Assembly (NCBI GenBank): GCA_964291215.2
Contig: OZ219791.1
Span: 3,328,001 to 3,392,000, forward strand
Reading direction: 5' to 3'
Source of the DNA: Alphaproteobacteria bacterium
GTDB lineage: Bacteria > Pseudomonadota > Alphaproteobacteria > MPNO01 > UBA830
DNA length: 64,000 nt
Shown: positions 33,243-44,968 of the stretch, piece after piece
How positions within the stretch are numbered: the first letter of the stretch is position 1
Layout: each line of letters begins with the position of its first letter
Program-made: the position numbers and the translations under genes
The notes under the pieces: model-generated
Told to the model about the DNA's origin: nothing
Database searches by the model: none
Seen by the model: the letters and a program-made list of their open reading frames with translations, nothing else

Positions 33243-33521
33243 ATGATACGGAGCTTCAGGAGCCGGGCGCTCAGGCGGTTCATGGAACGCGGCGACGAAC
33301 GCCGCATCCATCTGGAACATCGTGAGACCGTGCGCGACATCCTCGTGCGGCTCAACGCCTCGGCCGCGCCGGACGACATGGACCTGCCCGGATTCCGGCT
33401 GCACCGGCTCAGGGGCGCGTATGCCGGGTTCTGGGCGGTCACGGTCCGTGCCAACTGGCGGGTGATCTTCCGCTTCGAGGACGGCCACGCCGCCGATGTC
33501 GACTATCTGGACTACCACTAG
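33243..33521 (+). CDS. higB: HigB/RelE-family toxin
   Basis: MIRSFR, PGFRLHRL.G, WAVTVRANWRVIFRF, DVDYLDYH. Confidence 0.92.
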   Translation: MIRSFRSRALRRFMERGDERRIHLEHRETVRDILVRLNASAAPDDMDLPGFRLHRLRGAYAGFWAVTVRANWRVIFRFEDGHAADVDYLDYH

Positions 33522-33534
33522 GGAGGTAACGCCC

Positions 33535-33822
33535 ATGCTCATGCATGATCCGCCCCATCCCGGCTTGTTCATGCGGCGCCGGTGCCTCGACCCACTGGGT
33601 CTGACCGTGACCGAGGCAGCGAAGGGGCTTTCGGTCTCGCGCAACACGCTGTCGATGCTGCTCAACGGCCGCCTCGGCATCTCCCCGGAGATGGCGATCC
33701 GGGTGTCCGAGGCCTTCGGCGGCAGCCCCGAGAGCTGGCTAACGCAGCAGATGCAGTATGATCTTTGGCACGCGCAGCACAACCGGGCACCGGTCGAAGT
33801 CCGCAGGTTCGCCGCCGCCTGA
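33535..33822 (+). CDS. higA: HigA antitoxin
   Basis: PPHPG, LTVTEAAK.L.VSRNTLS, ISPEMAIR, PESWL..Q.QYDL. Confidence 0.92.
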   Translation: MLMHDPPHPGLFMRRRCLDPLGLTVTEAAKGLSVSRNTLSMLLNGRLGISPEMAIRVSEAFGGSPESWLTQQMQYDLWHAQHNRAPVEVRRFAAA

Positions 33823-33992
33823 CCGCGGCCTTCAAGCAGGATTACAGGCGCGAGACGAAGGGCCGGCCAGGACCGTCGATGCTGAGCTCGCGCATGTCGT
33901 GGCCGGGCTGGCGGGGGACCGGCCGCTCCCGCCGCGCCATCGCGACCACGCGCCTAGCGGGCAACGGAAGGAGATTTGCAAAGAACAGTTGA
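33820..33992 (+). pseudogene. YafQ-family toxin remnant
   Basis: TAAFKQDYRRETKGR / VDAEL..VV..LAGDRPLPPRHRDHAPSG across a frameshift; no start codon, no C-terminus. Confidence 0.6.
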
Positions 33993-34037
33993 CGGCGAGG
34001 CCTATCCGTCGACCGGCCTCTTTCGATGCCCCTATAG

Positions 34038-34229
34038 CACGATGATCCCACGCTGCTAATCAAGCGGCGACCGGCGAGATTTTTCGGTCTGCGTCGCGCT
34101 GCAATCGCGCCGCCAAGGCTCAATGAGACCTTCTCGGCGCGAAAAATTGCGCTCAAGAGGCGATCTGTGATGACGCGAGCCCCAACGCACTCGGATTTCG
34201 CGTCTCGGAATCAGCATGGGATCACCGTG
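34038..34229. repeat. MITE copy 2 (192 bp)
   Basis: TIRs CACGATGATCCCACGCTG / CAGCATGGGATCACCGTG; 9-bp TSD CCCCTATAG (34029-34037, 34230-34238). Confidence 0.9.
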
Positions 34230-34271
34230 CCCCTATAGCCGTTGCCGTGGAACCGGGGAGGGTGCCATGCT

Positions 34272-34968
34272 ATGAAAAACGTGCCCGTGTACTTCGACAT
34301 AAATGTGCTCCCCGAGTCGCAGAGACGGCTTTGGGAGATGCTTAACGGTACGCCGTCAGGTTTCGTTCTTTACGGAGGCACAGCGCTTGCATTGAGGCTG
34401 GGGCATCGTCAGTCCGTCGATTTCGATTTCTTTTCCCGCGACGCCTTCCAGCCCGATTCGCTCCGGAGAAACATTCCCTACTTGAGCGGGAGCCTGACGA
34501 TCCGAAGCGAGGAAAACATCCTGTCATGCGTTCTGAACCTGGTTGGCGAGGTGATGGTGTTGTTTTTCGGAGGCCTCGGTATGTCCAGCGTCAACGACTC
34601 GGATAAAGCGGACGGACCTGGCATTCTTGTGGAGTCCTTGCTGGATATCGCCGCGACAAAGGCGGCTGCGGTTCAATCGCGTGCCAAGGACTATATCGAC
34701 CTGGACGCCCTGCTGCGCTCGGGTCTCTCGCTTGAGGAGGCGCTGGGGGCCAGCCAATGCCGTATTCGGCCCTGAGTTCAATCCCTTGGTAACGCTCAAG
34801 GCGCTTGCTCATTACGAAGACGGCAATTTGCACCAGGTGCCGAATGAGGTTCGTGTAAACCTGACGAAAGCCGTTGCAGCGGTCAATGTTGAGAACCTGC
34901 CAGTATTCGAACCGCGCGCACGCCTTTGTCCCGACGAAACAGTAACGGAGCACGACAATGGCTTCTGA
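34272..34968 (+). pseudogene. AbiEii/AbiGii-family nucleotidyltransferase toxin, frameshifted near 34760
   Basis: FVLYGGTALALRLGHRQSVDFDFF, K..AVQSRAKDYIDL; C-terminus FNPLVTLKAL.YEDG in another frame. Confidence 0.75.
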
Positions 34969-35446
34969 GATTTCGGATGATGCTCTCGGAGCAAGGGAGC
35001 CAGCCTCCCCGGACCGCAGTCCAGAGCAGGCTCCTCCCGGTCCGGCCGGGCCGACCCTGCTTGAGATTGCGCGGCGGGTGGTATGGTTCCAGCCGCCTCA
35101 CGAGACGCTGCGCGACGAGGTCCAGTTCCTGAATCATGCGATGATCTACGGCTCCTCGGAGGATACGGCGACGATTCGTCGTGCCTGCGGGGACGAAGCG
35201 TTGCGTGACGCCTTGCGTAATGCTTGGCCCGGGATCTTCGATCCACGCTCCTGGTCCTACTGGCACACGGTTCTTGGTATGCTGCCCGTGCCCCCGATGC
35301 GCGTCCGGCAGTTTCCCGCCGAGTCGGGGGAGGCGGTTCCGGAGGTGAGCCCGGCCATTCAGGGGCATGGCGGCCCTCCAAGGGGCCGGGAAACCGGGGC
35401 GCCGGACCGGAATGTACCGGCCCCGGCTCCGAACCCGTTAGGCTGA
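34958..35446 (+). CDS. Hypothetical protein, probable partner (antitoxin) of the upstream nucleotidyltransferase
   Basis: Overlaps the upstream stop; ARRVVWF..P, M.YG..ED and PGIFDPRSWSYWH pattern seen by eye. Confidence 0.6.
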   Translation: MASEISDDALGAREPASPDRSPEQAPPGPAGPTLLEIARRVVWFQPPHETLRDEVQFLNHAMIYGSSEDTATIRRACGDEALRDALRNAWPGIFDPRSWSYWHTVLGMLPVPPMRVRQFPAESGEAVPEVSPAIQGHGGPPRGRETGAPDRNVPAPAPNPLG

Positions 35447-35599
35447 TCCCCCTTCTTTACGGAGTAACCGCTCCCGGCGCCGTCTTCCGATAAGCAGGGC
35501 TTTGTGTTTGGGCCCGCGTGCCGGGCAGGAGATGGCGCCTTGTCGCTGAGAACTCCCGCGGCAAGCACGGCTGTTCGGTTTATCGAGACCTTCGAACAG

Positions 35600-35880
35600 G
35601 GCCTCGAACTGGGCACGAGACAGGGGCATCGTGCCGTCATGAACCGTCGGCCAGGCGAAACGAGCCTGCTAAAGGCGCTTGTGGGCCAGGACCAGGCCGA
35701 TTCCGTCCCACCAGAGCACCGTGATCCGGTCCATCCGGTTGCACGGAAAGACCACGGCTACCCCGGAATAGGGGTCGAGACCCAGCTCGTCCTGGACGAT
35801 CGCCGCCAGCCCCTCGCGCTGCTTGCGGAAGTCGACGGGCCGCGTCGCCACCACAATCCTCACACCGGACCCGGGAACGA
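35600..35880 (-). pseudogene. IS66 accessory protein TnpB fragment
   Basis: ATRPVDFRK..GLA, VF..R.DRI.VL.WDG.GL.L..KRL. Confidence 0.75.
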
Positions 35881-36022
35881 TGGACTCGATAGTGTCAGAT
35901 TGAAAGCCCCCCCCCCCCCGTTATCGGCGACGGCCGGGTCGGACCGCCGGGAGCCGGAGTGATTTCTCCGCAGTGCCAGGGACGCCGGCTGCCGCGATCA
36001 GGCCGTGGATGTCCGTTCGGCT

Positions 36023-37663
36023 TCAGGCTTCGGCGTCTGGAGGATAGAGGGAGGAAATCCGTGCGCCGCCGAAGGCCTGCCAGCTGACCAGCTCATGCGG
36101 GTCTTCAAGGTGTATCTCGCACACGACATCCCGTGAAGCATCGCGCTTCATCTCCCTGATGCGGGTCCAGTACGGCATGTCGTTGAGGTGCCATTCCTCG
36201 CGTTTCCATTCGTTCCAGGTCAGGTCTCTGACACTGCAGGTGCGGGTCAGTTGCTCGCGCATCGGCAGGCAGGTCGAATCGATGATGAACATGTTGTCGT
36301 TGGGCAGGCGGTGGGCATCGCCCATCGCCCAGGAAATCACCCGTTCCGGGTCGTCGTCGTCCGAGGATGTCCAGACTTCGCGTACGGTCCCCTTTGCCTC
36401 GTCGACCTCGTATTCGATCGCGCGCGCGAAACACTCGTAGGGCGCCGCCTGCGGTGCGTAGGGCTGGGCGCGGCACAGCCCGTTGTCGTACATGACGATG
36501 GTCCCGTCGACGGTCACCCGTGGATTGTGCCCGTGATAATGCCAGCGAAGCTCGTGCGCGGGATCCAGGAGCCTTTCCTTCTGCGGGCTCCTCCAGTTTC
36601 CGTGGTCGCCGAGGATCCACCTGATCTCGCCCGACGCCTTGTCGATCTTGATGATAGCATCCTGATGGCGCAGCGAGACGATGACGCTGTCGTCGGAAGG
36701 GTCGTAGGTGATGCCGTTGCCGTGCGTCCAGTCGAGGTGTTTGGGGAAGCCACGATTGTGCCAGTACGCCTCCATCAGGTGGTAGGACCACCGGTGGACA
36801 TCGAGATGTTCGAAGGTGTCCCAGTTCCAGATGATTTCGCCTTCGGGCGTGAATTCCACGAAATTGTCCCCGACTACCGGCTGGGTGGTGCGAGGGGCGT
36901 CGGGATCGGTCTCGCTCGTATAGTAGTTCTCGATCATGCGGGCGTTCGCCGTCATCGCGAGAAAATTGCCGTTGGGCACCTGGTGCGGTTGGTGGTGCAG
37001 GCTTGCTGCAGCGATGGGAATGGCGCCTTCTACCGGTCCCTGGGGCCGGCCGCTGGCGTAGAAGGTGCGGATTACCTTTCCCGTAAGGTCCATCTCGATC
37101 GACCGGAAATCCACATGATGAAAGAACAGATTGCCGTTGGCCAGCTGGTGAACGCCCGCGATCCGGGCGTCCGACCGGTAGTACCAGACCACTTCCCCTT
37201 CCGCATCGAGGATCAGGAGGAGTCCCCACCGGGTCGTGAAACGGAGCTGGGCCGGTGTCATGAAGGATTGGCGCGCGTTGACCCGGCGCCGGACGCTCAG
37301 AAGTGTGAAGCCGGGCTGCATCTCGGAGGTTCTCGCTTCACGGACTGTGATCGTTGGCCATTCGGCGCTGTCAGCCGGAAGCGACGGCGTGCGGTACCAG
37401 AGTTCGACAGGCTCGGCATCGCCCGCCACGACCGTGATGCGGTGTTTGGTGTCGGCCCGCATGCCTATGACCGGCAGGCCGTCTTCCGGCCTGTGCGATG
37501 GCCCATAGGCGACGGTGCGTGTCGAGCATCCGTCGTTGATGGTCAGGGTGGTCGTTGCCGGCGTATCGGTCCCGAAGCGTACCAGCGCCACGAGGGGCAC
37601 GTTCTCGTTGGGATTTCTCTCCACTGTCGGTGCAGTCACGAACACGGCTTCGTCCTTTCGCAT
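36023..37663 (-). CDS. Aryl-sulfate sulfotransferase (ASST-like beta-propeller), no evident signal peptide
   Basis: N-terminal NP...PL.A Ig-like domain, LHHQ, DWTHGN, IVSLRHQDAIIKI, YHGHN, YDNG; start could be 37699 or 37735. Confidence 0.82.
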   Translation of the reverse strand: MRKDEAVFVTAPTVERNPNENVPLVALVRFGTDTPATTTLTINDGCSTRTVAYGPSHRPEDGLPVIGMRADTKHRITVVAGDAEPVELWYRTPSLPADSAEWPTITVREARTSEMQPGFTLLSVRRRVNARQSFMTPAQLRFTTRWGLLLILDAEGEVVWYYRSDARIAGVHQLANGNLFFHHVDFRSIEMDLTGKVIRTFYASGRPQGPVEGAIPIAAASLHHQPHQVPNGNFLAMTANARMIENYYTSETDPDAPRTTQPVVGDNFVEFTPEGEIIWNWDTFEHLDVHRWSYHLMEAYWHNRGFPKHLDWTHGNGITYDPSDDSVIVSLRHQDAIIKIDKASGEIRWILGDHGNWRSPQKERLLDPAHELRWHYHGHNPRVTVDGTIVMYDNGLCRAQPYAPQAAPYECFARAIEYEVDEAKGTVREVWTSSDDDDPERVISWAMGDAHRLPNDNMFIIDSTCLPMREQLTRTCSVRDLTWNEWKREEWHLNDMPYWTRIREMKRDASRDVVCEIHLEDPHELVSWQAFGGARISSLYPPDAEA

Positions 37664-37865
37664 GCTGTCTCTCTCCCCGGAGCGGACGCGCTTCCACATG
37701 TCCGCGACGGAGATCCTAGCTGTCCAGAATACCACGGATCATCGGGATCGATCTGATGGAGTTTTCGGTACCGGCGCGCTGACCGATTGACGGCCACAGC
37801 CATACGGCTGACCAGTTCACCTGCTGCGAGGGGAAATCGGTCGGACGGTACCGGGGTCCTTGCCG

Positions 37866-39890
37866 CTACAGGATGAGCCACTCCGGAATCCATTTCGGAA
37901 ACCTGCCGGCGAGCAACGCCGCGATCAGCGGTTCGTGAAAAAATAGACGGATGACGCGGTCGTAGAACCCGAACATGAGGACCCAGACGGCAATCGCGTA
38001 GGCAGCCGCGACACTCGGCCGGAAGCGGCCCCAGGCCACCAGGTAGGCGAAGACGAAGATCGGCAACGCGAGCTTCTGACCGATGAGCAGGGTGGCCACG
38101 ATGATCGCGGCGAGCCAGCCGAGGAAGTGCAGCGACCGGTCGAGTACCGCCTGCGCCGCATACTCCCGGAAACGGCCCCCCTGGCCGATCTTGTCCTCCG
38201 AGATCAGCGATCGCGCATCGCGGAGGACGGCTGCAGCGGCGAGCAGGACGCCGGGTACAGCCATCACCAGCGGGAACTGTCCGACATCCTGCTCCCAGGA
38301 CCATGCCATCCATACGGCTCCGGCAAATACCGCAAGGAACAGCATTGAGACGGGCAGCGACATCACCGGGTTTCTGGCCCGTCCTTCGCCGGTCTGTGGC
38401 GTGTCCGCGCGCGCATTCGACCTGATCGTGCTGCGCGCCGAGAGGACGACGGTGATGATGCCAAGGACGAGGACGATGATGACGATGGGGTTGGTGAGCC
38501 ATCCGATACCGTCATGGGTGCGTATGCTCAGCAGGAACCTGTTCTCGACGATGGTCCCGAGAATGAGGCCTAGAATGAGAGGCGGCCGGGCCCAGCCGCC
38601 GCTCTTCATCAGATAACCGACGATTCCGAAAACAAGGCACGTGACCCATGCCTCGATAGTGGACTGGCCTCCGAGCCAGGATCCCATGAACACGAACACG
38701 ATGACCCCGGGCACGAGCAGGTGTCCGGGCAGAAACGCAAGCCGCGCGACCTGACGGCTCCAGATCATCAGAAGCCCGGCCGCCACCAGATTGGCGATCA
38801 TGATCATCCACACCATCGAGAACGTGATGTGAAGATCGGTCGACAGCATGTCCGGCCCCGGGCGGATGTCCTGGAGGATGAGCGCGCTCAGCAGGATCGC
38901 CGTTCCGAGGCTGCCGGGAATGGCGAAGGCGACCGCGGGGATGAGGGCTCCGCCCTTGGTCGCATTGTTGGCCGCTTCCGGCGCGATCACGCCGCGGATG
39001 TCCCCCTGCCCGAACTGGCTCTTGTCTTTGGCCGACTGCACGGCATGGCCGTAGGCGACCCAGTCGACGATCGCCGCGCCGAGGCCTGGCAGCATGCCCA
39101 CATAGGTCCCGATTGCCGCGGAGCGCGTGGCAAGCCAGCCATGGCGGACGGCGTCGCGAATGCCGTCCCGTATGCTGCTTCGCGTGTCGGCGTTTTCGGT
39201 TTCCCGAGCAATCGAGATGTTGCGCGTCGCAAGTTCCATGAGTTCCGGAATTGCGAATACGCCCAGAACGACCGGAATCAACGGAAGGCTGTCGACAAGA
39301 AACTCAAGGTTGAACGTGTAGCGCTCCTCGGCAACCGTCTGTGCGGTGCCCACCGTGGAGAGCAGCAGGCCCATCGCCGCGGACGCGATGCCCTTGACCA
39401 TCGAACCGCCGCTGAGCGCGCCGACCATTGCAAGCCCGAGGAGGGCGAGCGCGAATATTTCGGGCGAGCCGAACGCCAGAATCAGCGGCTGCACGATGGG
39501 CAGCGATACCGCGAGCGCGAGCGCGCCGAACAGGCCGCCATAAGCCGAAACCGCAAACGCGGCGCCAAAGGCGCGGGGCGCTTCGCCGCGCTTTGCGAGC
39601 GGATAGCCATCAAGGATTGTCGCCTGCGAGGCCGCGGTGCCCGGTATGCCCAGCATCACCGACGCGATCGTGTCGCTCGTGGTGGTGACCGTGTACAGGC
39701 CGAGAAGGAGCGCGATCGCGACCAGTGGCTCCATGTCGAAGGTGAACGGCAGCAGCAGCAGCATGCCGATGATGCCGCCGAGGCCGGGGACGGCGCCGAA
39801 CCATATTCCGATGAATATCCCGAGGGCCAGGAAGGCCAGCACCCGGATCTCGAAAATCGACGTCAGGCCGGTGACGAGGGCGTCAAACAT
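37866..39890 (-). CDS. tctA: Tripartite tricarboxylate transporter permease (TctA with fused TctB-like C-terminus)
   Basis: GIPGTAASQATILDGYP, GVIAPEAANNA, IPGS, RPPLILGLILG; ~170 extra C-terminal residues with hydrophobic segments. Confidence 0.88.
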   Translation of the reverse strand: MFDALVTGLTSIFEIRVLAFLALGIFIGIWFGAVPGLGGIIGMLLLLPFTFDMEPLVAIALLLGLYTVTTTSDTIASVMLGIPGTAASQATILDGYPLAKRGEAPRAFGAAFAVSAYGGLFGALALAVSLPIVQPLILAFGSPEIFALALLGLAMVGALSGGSMVKGIASAAMGLLLSTVGTAQTVAEERYTFNLEFLVDSLPLIPVVLGVFAIPELMELATRNISIARETENADTRSSIRDGIRDAVRHGWLATRSAAIGTYVGMLPGLGAAIVDWVAYGHAVQSAKDKSQFGQGDIRGVIAPEAANNATKGGALIPAVAFAIPGSLGTAILLSALILQDIRPGPDMLSTDLHITFSMVWMIMIANLVAAGLLMIWSRQVARLAFLPGHLLVPGVIVFVFMGSWLGGQSTIEAWVTCLVFGIVGYLMKSGGWARPPLILGLILGTIVENRFLLSIRTHDGIGWLTNPIVIIVLVLGIITVVLSARSTIRSNARADTPQTGEGRARNPVMSLPVSMLFLAVFAGAVWMAWSWEQDVGQFPLVMAVPGVLLAAAAVLRDARSLISEDKIGQGGRFREYAAQAVLDRSLHFLGWLAAIIVATLLIGQKLALPIFVFAYLVAWGRFRPSVAAAYAIAVWVLMFGFYDRVIRLFFHEPLIAALLAGRFPKWIPEWLIL

Positions 39891-40046
39891 GCAAGTCCCC
39901 TGCGCGGCTGCTGCCATCGGGTCAGCATGCGGCGCACACCGGTGGTCGCAGGATGGGCGGCAGGTCTTCCGCCGTGGCGGTCGACGCCCGCCGGCAAGTC
40001 TTCAGAGCGGTTCCGCGCCGTCGCGGCGCGGAACCGCATCCGGGGG

Positions 40047-41111
40047 TCAGCGGATGATCGATTTCAGGTAGGCAACCGCTTCCGGGCTGATGTTCTTGTA
40101 GCCGGAGAGGACCTTGGCCGCTTCCTTTCCCGGCAGCCAGAACGGACGGCTCTTCGATGCCTTCATGAAGTTGTTCACGGTGCGCTGGTCGTTCCAGTTC
40201 GCCGCATAGGCCTTGCGCATCGTCGCCACGATATTGTCCGGGGTTCCCGGCGGCAACATCATCCACATTGCCCATGTCTGACGGCTGGTGAACCACTTGT
40301 AGACTTCATATTTGGGGCCCGATGGTTCCTTGCCCGTGACCTTCTTGTAGAACGACACGAAGTTCGGCATGTCGCCGTAACTCTGCCCCATGTCCCTCGG
40401 CGTGTCGCCATCGAACGGCGAGTGGTAGTACATGTCGATAGCGCGTCCGTCCTTGACCAGATCCTTCTTGTAGAAGACCCAATAGCCGATGTCGCCGGTG
40501 GAAATCGCCTGGATCTCGTTCTGCATCAGCGCCGCCTTGAGCTTGGGCTGGTTCTTGTAGCCCACGGCAAAACGATACGGGATACCGAGCATGTCGAAGG
40601 ACATCCGCGAATAGAGGCCGAGCGCGCCGCCGGGGATGCGCCCGCCGACAACGAAGTTCTTGGCCTTGAGAAGGTCCTCCCGGCTTTTCAGCCCGCCGGC
40701 GAGGTCGGACCGGACAACGGTGACGAACGCTATGCCGGTCACGCCGACGGGATTGAATTCGGCCGGCACGTATTTGACGCCCTTGAGGCCGAGGAGCAGG
40801 CCCGAAAAATTCATCGGCCCCCACAGCATCTGAGTGCCGTCCTTTTTGGCGCGGTTGAAGACGAAGTTGATGCCCTTCTGGCCGCCGCCGCCAGCCATGT
40901 TCTTGACCTTTATGGTTGGCTTGCCCGGGATGTGATCGACAAATGTCTTTGCAAAGCGTTGTGCCTGGCGGCTCAGCCCGCCGCCGGCTCCAGCCGGCAC
41001 GATGAGTTCGATCGTCTTGCCTGAAAAATCCTGCGCCGCCGCCTGTGTTCCGGCAGACAGCAGGCCAAAGCAGGCAATACCCGCCGCCAAAAGTGGCAGT
41101 TTACCGTTCAT
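40047..41111 (-). CDS. TTT substrate-binding protein (TctC/Bug-like)
   Basis: Signal peptide, GKTIELIVPAGAGGG, IPGKPTI.VKNMAGGGG, PPGTPDNIVATMRKA. Confidence 0.85.
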   Translation of the reverse strand: MNGKLPLLAAGIACFGLLSAGTQAAAQDFSGKTIELIVPAGAGGGLSRQAQRFAKTFVDHIPGKPTIKVKNMAGGGGQKGINFVFNRAKKDGTQMLWGPMNFSGLLLGLKGVKYVPAEFNPVGVTGIAFVTVVRSDLAGGLKSREDLLKAKNFVVGGRIPGGALGLYSRMSFDMLGIPYRFAVGYKNQPKLKAALMQNEIQAISTGDIGYWVFYKKDLVKDGRAIDMYYHSPFDGDTPRDMGQSYGDMPNFVSFYKKVTGKEPSGPKYEVYKWFTSRQTWAMWMMLPPGTPDNIVATMRKAYAANWNDQRTVNNFMKASKSRPFWLPGKEAAKVLSGYKNISPEAVAYLKSIIR

Positions 41112-41216
41112 CCGATGTCCTCCCGTTGTCTGATTGTGCGCGAACTCTCTAGTCCATGAGTATAGCGGAGTTTAGACCTCCGCCGATGGTTGATGCAAGG
41201 CGGGAAGGTCTCCGGG

Positions 41217-41397
41217 CACAGTGATCCCATGCTGATTCCGAGACGCGAAATCCGAGTGCGTTGGGGCTTGCGTCATCACAGATCGCAATTTTTCGCGCCG
41301 AGAAGGTCTCATTGAGCCTTGGCGGCACGATTGCAGCGCGACGCAGACCGAAAAATCTCGCCGGCCGCCGCTGGATTAGCAGCGTGGGATCGTCGTG
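41217..41397. repeat. MITE copy 3 (181 bp)
   Basis: TIRs CACAGTGATCCCATGCTG / CAGCGTGGGATCGTCGTG; 9-bp TSD GTCTCCGGG (41208-41216, 41398-41406). Confidence 0.9.
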
Positions 41398-41717
41398 GTC
41401 TCCGGGTCGACGGTGTTTCTCGACGCCTGGGTTGGGCGCACTGCAACCGCGCCAGGATCAATCGCCGACTCCGCGACGGCAGCGGTTCCCTGGACGCCGC
41501 ATTGCCACATCCGGAACGGCACGGCCTGTTCTTCAATCAGCCGCTGACAATTCTCGCAAACCGCAGAGCGAACCGAAACATGTTCTCGTCCGGCGCGGTT
41601 GTGTGCCGGTCGAGAGATCGCCAGAATTGGCTTTCGGGCATTTCGCCTCCTCGGGTTCCGCGGCGCGGCCGCCGATATCGAAGACCCGCGGTTCGGGCCC
41701 AACAAAAGGAGGAGCGC

Positions 41718-42578
41718 GTGGCGATTCCGGCACAGCATCCGGAGCCAGCGGATGCCGCCGAACGGCGGGCCGCAGCCCCGGTGACGGTGTACACCATGGA
41801 CCGGCTTCCGGCCTATCAGGGGGATTTTTACGAGAATCTCCGAAAGAAAATGGTGCTCGTCGAAAAACGGAACGTGCCGCCCCGGGATGCGGTGGCTCTC
41901 GAGATCCCCGCCGGGCACTTCTTCCGCATCGTCAGCGTCGAGGGTCCGCAGGTCGGCGACCTGAACCTGTGGAACGCCGCCGACCTTTCGGAGCGGTTCT
42001 ACAGCGGCAAGACCCGGGCCCTTCACGCCACCCATGTAAGCACCGGCGACAGGCTCTGGAGCTGTTTTCCGAGGTTGCGGCCGATGGCGACCATTACCCG
42101 CGACACCCTGGACTGGTACGGTTTCGACGAATCCGGCGCTGGCGTTCACGACGTGATCGGAACCCGGTGCGACCCCTACACGAACTTCCTGTTGACGGGT
42201 GCGGAGTATCACCATTGCTGTCATTCGACTCTCGCGCGCGCCCTGGCGGCGGCTCGGGGCCTTCCGCTGGTCGAGGCCGAGCGACATGTGCACGATGTCG
42301 TCAACATCTTCACGTGCACGGGCTACACCCGCGACACGCATCAGTATTTCATGAAGGCGAGTCCCGTCCGCCCGGGCGATTTCATCGAGTTCTTTGCGGA
42401 AATCGACCTGCTGGCCGCGTTGTCGACCTGTCCGGGCGGGGACTGCGGCGCCGGCCATTCGAGCGACAGCGCGGCCTGCTATCCACTGCAGGTCTTGGTC
42501 TTCCGGCCGCAGGCGGGGAAGCTTGAGGGCTGGACGCCTTGGGCGCCCAACGGATTTGGTGCCAGCGACGGGGAATGA
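41718..42578 (+). CDS. Urea carboxylase-associated family protein (DUF1989/YcgI-like)
   Basis: AGGAGG RBS plus GTG; EGPQVGDLNLWN, HDVIGTRCDPY, HHCCH, VHDVVNIF, LSTCPGGDC. Confidence 0.85.
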   Translation: MAIPAQHPEPADAAERRAAAPVTVYTMDRLPAYQGDFYENLRKKMVLVEKRNVPPRDAVALEIPAGHFFRIVSVEGPQVGDLNLWNAADLSERFYSGKTRALHATHVSTGDRLWSCFPRLRPMATITRDTLDWYGFDESGAGVHDVIGTRCDPYTNFLLTGAEYHHCCHSTLARALAAARGLPLVEAERHVHDVVNIFTCTGYTRDTHQYFMKASPVRPGDFIEFFAEIDLLAALSTCPGGDCGAGHSSDSAACYPLQVLVFRPQAGKLEGWTPWAPNGFGASDGE

Positions 42579-42732
42579 GCGAAGAGGCGTGGCGGCCGCG
42601 GCTCGACGGTGCTCCGTCGCGGCCGGATGAACCGGGGCCGAACGTTCGCCTGAAGAGGATCGGGCCCGGCGATACTTGCTCAAACGGCAGGCGTCGGGCA
42701 TACCTACAGGTGCGGGCGAGCGAGGGCTGTGG

Positions 42733-43647
42733 ATGGAGTATTTTGTCCAGCAACTGATCAACGGCGTTACCCTCGGGGCGATCTACGGCCTGATAGCGAT
42801 TGGTTACACGATGGTCTACGGGATCATCGGCATGATCAATTTCGCGCATGGCGATGTCTTCATGATCGGCGCATTCATCGCCCTGATCTCGTTTCTCGTG
42901 CTCGGCGTCATCGGGCTGACATGGGTTCCGCTGGCGCTGCTCATCGTCCTGATCGTGGCCATGCTGATCACTGCGGTCTACGGCTGGACCGTGGAGCGCG
43001 TCGCCTACCGCCCGTTGCGCGGATCGTTCCGTCTCGCGCCGCTGATCTCGGCCATTGGCATGTCGATCTTTCTTCAGAACTATGTTCAGCTTTTGCAGGG
43101 CGCCCGGGTGAGGCCGATGCAGCCGGTCATCCAGGGCGGCTTCACCGTCATGGAACGCGACGGGTTCGGCGTGTCGCTGAGCTATCTTCAGATTCTCATC
43201 GTCGTCGTTACGGTGATCCTCATGGCTGCCTTTTCGTTGCTGATCGCCCGCACGGCTCTCGGCCGCGCCCAGCGCGCCTGCGAACAGGATCGAGGCATGG
43301 CGTCGTTGCTCGGAATCAATGTCGACCGCACGATTTCGCTGACGTTCGTGCTGGGTGCGATGCTGGCCGCGGTCGCGGGCCTGATGTTTGTGGTCTATTA
43401 CGGTGTGATCGACTTCTTCATTGGTTTCCTTGCCGGCATCAAGGCGTTCACGGCGGCTGTGCTCGGCGGCATCGGTTCGCTGCCCGGAGCGATGCTGGGC
43501 GGCCTGCTGATCGGGTTGATAGAGACCTTCTGGTCAGCCTATTTCACCATAGAATACAAGGACGTGGCGGCGTTTTCTATCCTTGTTTTGGTGCTGATCT
43601 TCCGGCCGACCGGCCTGCTCGGCAAACCCGATGTCGAGAAGGTGTGA
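42733..43647 (+). CDS. livH: Branched-chain amino acid ABC transporter permease
   Basis: [30 protein letters not shown]. Confidence 0.95.
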   Translation: MEYFVQQLINGVTLGAIYGLIAIGYTMVYGIIGMINFAHGDVFMIGAFIALISFLVLGVIGLTWVPLALLIVLIVAMLITAVYGWTVERVAYRPLRGSFRLAPLISAIGMSIFLQNYVQLLQGARVRPMQPVIQGGFTVMERDGFGVSLSYLQILIVVVTVILMAAFSLLIARTALGRAQRACEQDRGMASLLGINVDRTISLTFVLGAMLAAVAGLMFVVYYGVIDFFIGFLAGIKAFTAAVLGGIGSLPGAMLGGLLIGLIETFWSAYFTIEYKDVAAFSILVLVLIFRPTGLLGKPDVEKV

Positions 43648-43651
43648 CGGG

Positions 43652-44964
<1,313 letters not shown>

Positions 44965-44968
<4 letters not shown>

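Noticed and set aside
35907-35919. 13-nt poly-C tract as a phase-variation switch
   Set aside because: It is intergenic, at the edge of an IS66 remnant and downstream of the sulfotransferase gene; no promoter or ORF depends on it.
17827-41024. Long opposite-strand ORFs (e.g. 18679-20289, 25521-26939, 36188-37756, 38721-41024)
   Set aside because: They shadow well-supported genes in high-GC DNA and have no recognisable motifs.
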